From: Pseudomonadota bacterium
GTDB taxonomy: Bacteria; Pseudomonadota; Alphaproteobacteria; Caulobacterales; Caulobacteraceae
Assembly: GCA_023409795.1 (NCBI GenBank)
Contig: JAEYQX010000087.1
Span: forward strand, 284 to 64,283
Length of the DNA stretch: 64,000 nucleotides
Direction: 5' to 3'
The translations under genes and the position numbers were made by a program. Shown piece by piece: positions 53,346 through 60,521 of this stretch (position 1 is its first letter; the number at the start of each line of letters is the position of its first letter). The notes below the pieces were generated by a model. It did no database searches, was not told the DNA's origin, and saw nothing but the letters and a program-made list of their open reading frames with translations.

Positions 53346-54197
53346 ATGTCCTTGGATAAAGACGTTTTCGCGGGCGGTGTTGCGGTCATCACCGGGGCCG
53401 GTGCCGGACTTGGGGAAGGCCTGGCGCGTCGGGCTGCAGCGCTTGGCATGCAAGTCGTTCTGGCGGATATCGATGAGGCCCGCGCCGAAGCTGTGGCCGC
53501 GGACATTCGCAGCCAGGGCGGCCAGGCCGAAGCCGTCCGGGTCGATGTATCCCAGCCTGCCGAACTGGATCGCCTCGCGGACTGGGTCTATGCCCGCCAC
53601 GACGAGGTTCGCCTGCTGATCAACAATGCCGGGGTCGAGACGATCGGCAACACCTGGGAACTACCCGCGGACCTGTGGGAGCGCACCCTTCAGATCAATG
53701 TCCACGGCGTCGTTCACGGCGTTCGCGCCTTCGTTCCGCGGATGCTGCAGTCCTCGAACAAGTCCTATGTCGCGAACCTGGCCTCGGTCGGGGCCTTTGG
53801 CCAGATGCCCCTCCAGACGGCATACATCGTGTCGAAACATGCGGTCCAGGCCCTGACCGAATGCCTCTATCTTGAGCTTGAACTGAAAAAGGCCCCGATC
53901 CAGGTCAGCTCTATCATCCCCGGCATGGTCAAGACCCGCATCTTCATGGATGCGAAGCCCTCCGATGATCCTGTCGCGGCCCACCATCAGAAGGTCATGC
54001 GCGAAACCATGGCCGCCTACGGCATGGATCTGGATGCGGCCTGCCAGACCATCCTGGAGCAGATTGCCGAGGGCCGCTTCTGGGTCTCGACCCAGCCCGA
54101 GATGACCGACAACATCGCCAATAATCGCGCCCGTTTCCTGCTGGAAAAGGAAGCCCCGATGCTGACGGGCGAAACCCGCGCCCTGCTGGAGGCCTGA
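53346..54197 (+). CDS. Short-chain dehydrogenase/reductase
   Basis: TGAGAGLG, NNAG, YIVSK. Confidence 0.88.
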   Translation: MSLDKDVFAGGVAVITGAGAGLGEGLARRAAALGMQVVLADIDEARAEAVAADIRSQGGQAEAVRVDVSQPAELDRLADWVYARHDEVRLLINNAGVETIGNTWELPADLWERTLQINVHGVVHGVRAFVPRMLQSSNKSYVANLASVGAFGQMPLQTAYIVSKHAVQALTECLYLELELKKAPIQVSSIIPGMVKTRIFMDAKPSDDPVAAHHQKVMRETMAAYGMDLDAACQTILEQIAEGRFWVSTQPEMTDNIANNRARFLLEKEAPMLTGETRALLEA

Positions 54198-54201
54198 CCC
54201 C

Positions 54202-55905
54202 TTGACCGTCGCCGACAGCCCCTGGTGGCCCCGTCACATTTCCCCGGCGCTCAAGGCCGCGTCGGTCTGTCAGGAAGACTGGAGCCATACCACTGACGTG
54301 GTTGTGGTGGGATTTGGGGGTGCCGGTGTCTGCGCGGCCCTTCAGGCCCGCGAACTGGGGATGGAGGTGCTTGTCCTGGAGCGCGGCGAGGGCGGGGGTG
54401 CGACGCGCATCAACGGTGGTGTCTTCTATTCCGGAGGCGGCACCGCCACCCAGCGGCAGGCCGGGGTGGAAGACGACCCGGACAATATGTTCAACTACCT
54501 GCGCCAGGAAACCCAGGGGGTGGTCTCGGACGACACCCTGCGGACCTTCTGCAACAACAGCGCGGGTGACCACGACTGGCTGGCAAGCCATGGCGTGAAG
54601 TTCAACCCACACCTTTACGCCAAGAAGACCTCCTATCCCCCGACGAAGTATTATCTCTATCATTCAGACAGTTCTCTGGCCCAGTCCTATGGCCGCAACG
54701 CCCGCCCGGCCGCACGGGGGCACCGCGTCCACATGCCGGCCGAGAACAAGGCGGACGGTTATGGAAAGGGCTTCTACGATCCTTTACGGGACTCGGCCCT
54801 GGGCGCTGGCGTGGAGGTTCACACCCATGCGCTGGTGCGATCCCTGATCCTCGATGACCAGGGCAGGGCAGTCGGTGTTCGCGCGACGCGCCTGGCCCCT
54901 GCGGCTCCGGGCTGGAGGCGTTATGTGAAGCTCAACCAGAGGATCGCCCTGAATGCTGGCATTCCTCAATCCGTGCCCGGGGCGCGGGCCCGTGAACGCC
55001 TGGTCGAAAAACTGCGCGACCAGGTCGTTGCCTTGCTCGACGCCGAGGGGGAACTGCTCAAGGTTCGCGCCCGGCGAGGAGTGATCCTGGCCGCCGGTGG
55101 CCATGTCTTTAATCGCGAAATGGTGCGGCATTTCTCGCCTGCCTACGCCCGCGGACTTCCCCTGGGCACGCCTGCAGACGATGGCTCGGGACTGGCTCTG
55201 GGTCTTACGGCCGGTGCCGCCAGCGCCGGACTGGGCCGGATCAGCGCCTGGCGCTTCATCAATCCGCCCTACACCTGGGCCTCGGCACCCCTGGTCAATG
55301 GCCGCGGCGAGCGTTTCGTCGACGAAACCCTGTACGGGGCCGCGATCGGCAAGGCCATGTGCGAAGCCGGGGATGGCTCGGCCTATGTCATTCTGGATCG
55401 CCGCCTCATGAAACAGGCCCGCAAGGAAGCCGCCGCCGAGGGGGTTCTGCCGTTCCAGAAATGGCCCGCCCTGATGGCCATGCGCCTTGGCCGCAAGAAG
55501 GCCGGGAGTCTGGCGGGACTGGCGCGAAAGATCGGCGCGGATGCCTCGACCCTGGTCGGGTCGGTAGAGACCCACAATGCCGTCGCGCAGGGAAGGATGG
55601 CCGATCCCTTCGATAAGCGGCCTGCCGATGCGGCCCGGGTCGAGCAGGGCCCGTTCTACGCCGTCAATGTCGCCATTGATGCCGCCTTCTTCCCGCTTCC
55701 GACCCTATCGCTGGGCGGCCTGGCCGTTCGCGAGGAAACCGGCCAGGTCCTGGATCAGCAGGGTGTTCCCATCGCGGGGCTCTATGCGGCCGGTCGCAGT
55801 GCCATTGGCGTCTGTTCCAACCTCTATGTCAGCGGGTTGGCAGTCGCGGATTGCGTTTTCTCGGGGCGTCGGGCTGCGCGATCTGTCGCTGCCGCAGGAA
55901 GTTGA
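54202..55905 (+). CDS. tesI: 3-ketosteroid Delta4(5alpha)-dehydrogenase (TesI/Kst4D-like)
   Basis: VVGFGGAG.CAAL, KTSYP, AWRFINPP, ETLYG, YVSGL.VADCVFSGRRA. Confidence 0.75.
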   Translation: MTVADSPWWPRHISPALKAASVCQEDWSHTTDVVVVGFGGAGVCAALQARELGMEVLVLERGEGGGATRINGGVFYSGGGTATQRQAGVEDDPDNMFNYLRQETQGVVSDDTLRTFCNNSAGDHDWLASHGVKFNPHLYAKKTSYPPTKYYLYHSDSSLAQSYGRNARPAARGHRVHMPAENKADGYGKGFYDPLRDSALGAGVEVHTHALVRSLILDDQGRAVGVRATRLAPAAPGWRRYVKLNQRIALNAGIPQSVPGARARERLVEKLRDQVVALLDAEGELLKVRARRGVILAAGGHVFNREMVRHFSPAYARGLPLGTPADDGSGLALGLTAGAASAGLGRISAWRFINPPYTWASAPLVNGRGERFVDETLYGAAIGKAMCEAGDGSAYVILDRRLMKQARKEAAAEGVLPFQKWPALMAMRLGRKKAGSLAGLARKIGADASTLVGSVETHNAVAQGRMADPFDKRPADAARVEQGPFYAVNVAIDAAFFPLPTLSLGGLAVREETGQVLDQQGVPIAGLYAAGRSAIGVCSNLYVSGLAVADCVFSGRRAARSVAAAGS

Positions 55906-55967
55906 TCGCCAAAACCGGAGATAAGCGCTAGAAACCCGTCAGATCTGTGAACAGTCGACGAGACAGC

Positions 55968-56450
55968 ATGCAAATTCGAGAGGCTCCGCGCGCCGTAATC
56001 CCTTTGCTCGACGACGTCGACAATCGGATCATCGAAATCCTGCGTGACAACGGCCGTGCGACCAATCTGGAGATTGCAGAGCGTCTCGGTGTTACCGCAG
56101 CGACCGTTTCCTCGCGTATCCGCCGTCTTGAAGAGAACAAGGCGATGCGCGTGGTCGCCGTGTCCGATTTTGCGGCCCACGGCTTTGATATCCTGATTGC
56201 GCTGGGCATCAAGGTGCGCGGTCGCGATGTCGAGGATGTCGCCCATGACCTGTCGCTCCTGCCCGAGGTCTTCTCCATCAATGTCATGAATGGACGGTTT
56301 GATCTGGAGTTGTTGGTGGCCCTGCGTGCCTTTGACGAAATCGGGACCTTCCTGATCGAGAAGATTGCCGTCATCGACGGGGTCGACGAGATGGACCCCG
56401 CCATCGCGGCGGATATCGTGAAATTCGAGTTCAACGTGGCCCCCCTATGA
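55968..56450 (+). CDS. Lrp/AsnC-family transcriptional regulator
   Basis: LDDVDNRIIEILRDNGR.TN.EIAERLGV...TV..RIRRL HTH; RAM domain with G.FDL. Confidence 0.9.
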   Translation: MQIREAPRAVIPLLDDVDNRIIEILRDNGRATNLEIAERLGVTAATVSSRIRRLEENKAMRVVAVSDFAAHGFDILIALGIKVRGRDVEDVAHDLSLLPEVFSINVMNGRFDLELLVALRAFDEIGTFLIEKIAVIDGVDEMDPAIAADIVKFEFNVAPL

Positions 56451-56920
56451 CCAAGGCAGGACTGGACGAACTTGACCACCGCATCATCGAGGCTTTCAGC
56501 CAGGATGCGCGGGTCTCGAACCGACAGGTCGCGGCCGAGCTGGGCGTGACCGAAGGGACTATCCGCACCCGTCTTCGCAGGCTTCAGAACGACGGGATGA
56601 TCCAGTTCACCGTGGTGACGGATTTCCGCATGGCGGGATCACCCAATCTGGTCATGCTGGGGATTCAGGCGGATCCGGCCCTGGTGCAGACCCTGGCCAA
56701 GAAACTGTCCCAGATCCCCGAGATCGGTAGCGTCGTCATCATGCTGGGCCGCTACAGTCTGCTGGCTACAGGGCTGTTCACCTCGGTCGAGGAAGCCGAC
56801 CACGTGATGCGCAAGAAAATCCGGTCGCTGCCAGGCGTCCGCGACGTCGAAATGTCCTGGGCCATCAGCACCTACAAGTATGATGCCCGCCTGGCCCGGA
56901 TCACGCGCCCCCAGGGCTGA
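56447..56920 (+). CDS. Lrp/AsnC-family transcriptional regulator
   Basis: LDELDHRII....QDAR.SN..VA..LGV.E.TI..RL.RL; GRYSL; ATGA overlap with the upstream paralog. Confidence 0.9.
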   Translation: MTKAGLDELDHRIIEAFSQDARVSNRQVAAELGVTEGTIRTRLRRLQNDGMIQFTVVTDFRMAGSPNLVMLGIQADPALVQTLAKKLSQIPEIGSVVIMLGRYSLLATGLFTSVEEADHVMRKKIRSLPGVRDVEMSWAISTYKYDARLARITRPQG

Positions 56921-56924
56921 GCTG

Positions 56925-58613
56925 TCAGCCCGCCGCCCCAGCGGCATGCCTGCCTGCCAGCCAGGCAAAGGTCATGCCCGGCCCCAGGGTCGAGCCCGCT
57001 CCCGGATAGGACCCGCCCATGACTGACGCGGCAAGGTTCCCCGCAGCATAAAGACCGCCAATAGGCGCGCCTGCATCATCGAGGACCTGGCCCACCTCAT
57101 TGGTCGCCAGCCCTCCGCACGTGCCGATGTCGCCGGCGTGGATCGGAACCGCGTAGAATGGCCCGCGCGCCAGGGCACCCAGGGTTGGGTTGGGCGAAAC
57201 GCGGGCATCGCCGTACATCTTGTCATAGGCGCTTTCCCCGCGTCCGAAATCGACATCCTGCCCCGCTTCGGCGGCCTGATTGAACCGCTCCACCGTTGCC
57301 ATCAATGCAGCGGCCGGAAGCCCGGTCTTTGTGGCCAGGCCAGCAAGATTCGACGCCCGCCTTACCGTCCGGCGCACGCCCGCTGGATGCAGCGCCAGGG
57401 GGATCAGGGGGTAGAGCGCCCCCATTGGATAGAGACGGCGGAAGCGGGCATCAAAGATCATCCAGAAGCGCGCTTCGCCTTCCAGACGGGCGGCGTGGTC
57501 CATCATGGCCTCGCCCGCACGATGATAGGACATGGCCTCATTCATGAAGCGCTGGCCTCGCTGATCCACCATGATGCACCCGGGAAGTGCGCGCTCTATG
57601 GTGCAAAGTCGGGCGCGGTCTTCGCCCTCGACACGGAACACCGGGGCCCACCAGGCTGCCCCAAGCCCGCGGGTGGCCGCGCCGACCTCCTGCGCGGCAA
57701 GCAGGCTGTCTCCTGTATTATTGATCTGGGAGCCGGACAGGCGCGGGTCGGCCACCTGGGGCATGTGTTGCGCCCTCAACGTCCTGTTTCGTTCGAAACC
57801 GCCCGAGGTCAGGATCACGGCATCCGCGGCGAGGGTCTGCTTTCCCTCAGGCCCCTCTACGACCAGACCTGTCACCCTGCCATCGCGGACGACAAGATCC
57901 TTCAGCGCCATATGGGTCCGTAGCTCTACGCCCGCTTCGCGGGCAGCCACCACAAGGGAGCCGACAAGGGCATTGCCCAAGGTCCAGTATCGATCCTTCA
58001 GGGAGGTTAGTCGGAAGGGCAGGTCCGACAGGAAGCGCCATATCATCCGGGCCAGAGTCGCGGGCCAGCCGGCCGGGCGATACAGAAGGGCGTAGGTTTC
58101 CTCAAAGGTCCAGTTGAGGATGCCGCCCAGGCTGGCGGCCGGGGAGGCCCGCCGCAGGTTCCTGATCGTGTAACCCCTTTTCCGGGCATCGACCGGCGCT
58201 GGCATATGGGTGCGATAACCTGTTTTCGCCCCCGCCACTTCTAGATGATAGTCAGGATAGGGGAGGGGCGCATACCGGATCTCGGTCGAGGCATGAAGCC
58301 ACTCAAGCATTCGCGGGGCCGCCTCTACATAGGCGTGGATCAGGTTGTCATCGGACCAGCCCGCCGCCAGGGCCCTGATGTACTGGAAGGCTTCCGCGGG
58401 ATTATCCGCATGGCCTTCGACCCCAGCCGCCAGGGGGCTGCAGGGAATCCATATCCCCCCGCCAGAGGTGGCTGATGTGCCTCCCAGCTCGCCCGATTTC
58501 TCGATCAGCAGGACCGAAGCACCGCTTTGGCGCGCCCGCAGGGCAGCGACCAGACCGGCGGCTCCCGATCCCACCACGATGACGGTCGGCTCGGCTTTGG
58601 GCGAATTTCGCAT
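56925..58613 (-). CDS. kstD: 3-ketosteroid Delta1-dehydrogenase (second paralog)
   Basis: VVGSGAAG, GGTSATSGGG, YPDY, RFMNEAMSY, GDIGT.GG, SYPGAG. Confidence 0.82.
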   Translation of the reverse strand: MRNSPKAEPTVIVVGSGAAGLVAALRARQSGASVLLIEKSGELGGTSATSGGGIWIPCSPLAAGVEGHADNPAEAFQYIRALAAGWSDDNLIHAYVEAAPRMLEWLHASTEIRYAPLPYPDYHLEVAGAKTGYRTHMPAPVDARKRGYTIRNLRRASPAASLGGILNWTFEETYALLYRPAGWPATLARMIWRFLSDLPFRLTSLKDRYWTLGNALVGSLVVAAREAGVELRTHMALKDLVVRDGRVTGLVVEGPEGKQTLAADAVILTSGGFERNRTLRAQHMPQVADPRLSGSQINNTGDSLLAAQEVGAATRGLGAAWWAPVFRVEGEDRARLCTIERALPGCIMVDQRGQRFMNEAMSYHRAGEAMMDHAARLEGEARFWMIFDARFRRLYPMGALYPLIPLALHPAGVRRTVRRASNLAGLATKTGLPAAALMATVERFNQAAEAGQDVDFGRGESAYDKMYGDARVSPNPTLGALARGPFYAVPIHAGDIGTCGGLATNEVGQVLDDAGAPIGGLYAAGNLAASVMGGSYPGAGSTLGPGMTFAWLAGRHAAGAAG

Positions 58614-58636
58614 CAGGAGACCTTGCAACAGCTAAA

Positions 58637-58684
58637 TTGCCATATTGCGAAGTTTTCTACCTTTATAAATACGCAAAAGAAACT
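58637..58684. promoter_or_regulatory. Phased operator pair (TTGCGAA-N18-TACGCAA) in the kstD/kshA divergent promoter
   Basis: TTGCGAA at 58645-58651 and TACGCAA at 58670-58676. Confidence 0.6.
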
Positions 58685-58774
58685 AAACTGGACAAAGGTA
58701 CCCGATAATTATTGGTACCATAATATCTCGGCTGGCCCATGCGGGGGCTGGATCTTCGGTCTTGGGAGGGACTG

Positions 58775-59839
58775 GTGGCTCGTACAGAAGAATATGGTCT
58801 GGGACCGTTTACCTTTCCGCGTGGCTGGTTTGTCGTTGCCCAAAGCCATGAGGTGACCAGCACGCCACTGGCCATGCGCTATTTTGGCCAGGAACTGGTC
58901 GCCTATCGCGGCAGCAGCGGCCAGGCCTTCGTGGTTGATGCCTTCTGCCCCCACATGGGCACCCACCTGGCGCGCAACACGACGTCCTATGTCGTCCAGG
59001 ATCGGATTCACGTCGAAGGCGACAATATCCGCTGTCCCTATCATGCTTGGCGTTTCGGTCCCGACGGCAGGTGCAACGAAATCCCCTATTCCAAGGCCCC
59101 CATTCCCGCCTCCGCCCGGATCCGTTCCTGGACCGTTCGGGAGAAGTATAACTGCGTCTTCGTGTGGCATGACCCCGAAGGCGGAGAGCCGGACTTCGAC
59201 CTGCCCGTCATTCCGCAGTGGGACGACCCTGCCTTTGTGCAGTGGGATCTGGACGACCTTGGCCAACTGCCGTGTCATCCAAAGGAGATTGTCGACAACA
59301 TCGCCGACGTTGCCCACCTGGGGCCGACGCATGGCGGGCCCTCGATCTACTTCAGCAATGAGTTTGACGGCGTCGTCGTGCGCCAGTTCCAGGGTGCCCC
59401 GCATCGCAGCCTGGCGGTCGGAGAAATTCTCGAGACCAATACCTGGTACACCGGGCCAGGGATCCTGATCTCCGAGTTCAACGGCGGGGTCCAGGTCATG
59501 TATATCGCCCACACCCCGGTCGATGACGGCGTGGTCAAGGCCTGGCACGGCCTTCTGGTTCATTCGGGCAAGGAGGCGGCCGAGCCTGCCGACAAGGAAA
59601 TGCAGAAGGCCTATCAGGCGGGCAGTCTCCACGCCTTTGCCCAGGACTTTGACATCTGGCGCAACAAGGCTCCGTGCATCACGCCCCTGGCCGTGCCGGG
59701 TGATGGCCCCTATGGCAAGGTGAAGATTTGGTACCAGCAGTTCTACAACCCCCGGGCCCAGGCGGCGGATTTCCAGGCCCGCGTCAATGGCAGCTACAAG
59801 ATTGCCGGCATGCCACCCAAGCTGGCCGACGTCAGCTGA
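58775..59839 (+). CDS. kshA: 3-ketosteroid 9alpha-hydroxylase oxygenase (Rieske)
   Basis: FPRGWF, CxH...CxxH Rieske motif, EIVDNIADVAHLGPTH Fe site, QDFDIWRNK, DGPY...WY.QFY; GGAGGG RBS before GTG. Confidence 0.82.
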   Translation: MARTEEYGLGPFTFPRGWFVVAQSHEVTSTPLAMRYFGQELVAYRGSSGQAFVVDAFCPHMGTHLARNTTSYVVQDRIHVEGDNIRCPYHAWRFGPDGRCNEIPYSKAPIPASARIRSWTVREKYNCVFVWHDPEGGEPDFDLPVIPQWDDPAFVQWDLDDLGQLPCHPKEIVDNIADVAHLGPTHGGPSIYFSNEFDGVVVRQFQGAPHRSLAVGEILETNTWYTGPGILISEFNGGVQVMYIAHTPVDDGVVKAWHGLLVHSGKEAAEPADKEMQKAYQAGSLHAFAQDFDIWRNKAPCITPLAVPGDGPYGKVKIWYQQFYNPRAQAADFQARVNGSYKIAGMPPKLADVS

Positions 59840-59904
59840 GCCCAGTAACCGTGATCCAACGGGCATGACTCACTGTCGGTTCATGCCCCTTCCTGACCAA
59901 TCCC

Positions 59905-60216
59905 ATGCCCAAGATTACCTTTATCCAGCCCGACGGTTCGAGCCGGATCGTAGAGCCTGAACCCGGCCAATCCCTCATGTCCGCAGCCGTCCAGGCCGGT
60001 GTCAGGGGAATAGACGCCGAATGCGGTGGTGCCATGTCCTGTGCAACCTGCCATGTCCACCTGGCACCGGACTGGGTCACCCGCCTGGGCCCGGCACAGG
60101 GCGACGAATACGACCTGGTGTCCTTCACTGACAGCTTTGATGCCGGGGTATCGCGGCTGTCGTGCCAGATTCCCCTCACCGATGACTGTGACGGCCTGGT
60201 CGTGACCGTGCCATAG
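59905..60216 (+). CDS. [2Fe-2S] ferredoxin (putidaredoxin/adrenodoxin type)
   Basis: CGGAMSCATCH...SRLSCQI. Confidence 0.92.
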   Translation: MPKITFIQPDGSSRIVEPEPGQSLMSAAVQAGVRGIDAECGGAMSCATCHVHLAPDWVTRLGPAQGDEYDLVSFTDSFDAGVSRLSCQIPLTDDCDGLVVTVP

Positions 60217-60224
60217 CGCCTCGC

Positions 60225-60251
60225 ACCCTGCCCGAAAGGGCAGGGTTTTTC
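60225..60251 (+). terminator. Intrinsic terminator of the kshA-ferredoxin unit
   Basis: ACCCTGCCC-GAAA-GGGCAGGGT followed by TTTT. Confidence 0.88.
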
Positions 60252-60298
60252 ATAGTCGCTCTGCTCAAAACCGACACTTCTCGAACGCCGATATCCAT

Positions 60299-60314
60299 GT
60301 TAGAGTTTACTTAC
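60299..60314. promoter_or_regulatory. Second copy of the GTAAGT-N4-ACTTAC operator
   Basis: Reverse complement GTAAGTAAACTCTAAC matches 49228-49243 at 14/16 positions. Confidence 0.5.
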
Positions 60315-60405
60315 ATAGTGACGCGCGGGGTGCCCTTGATGGCCGATCCGATGCACGCGGCCTCTCGCAAGGTGCAACGATCACAGAGCCAAATCGGCAT
60401 AAAAT

Positions 60406-60451
60406 TACGCAAAGAACCATACAAACGTATTGTAATTGGGATATATGCGTA
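60406..60451. promoter_or_regulatory. Phased operator pair (TACGCAA-N32-ATGCGTA) upstream of the TonB-dependent receptor
   Basis: TACGCAA at 60406-60412 and ATGCGTA at 60445-60451. Confidence 0.6.
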
Positions 60452-60521
60452 TAATCATTCCCTACAAATAAAAGAGCGGCCATGGCAACGCCTGAGCCTG
60501 TAAAATGGGGAAGGACTAATC

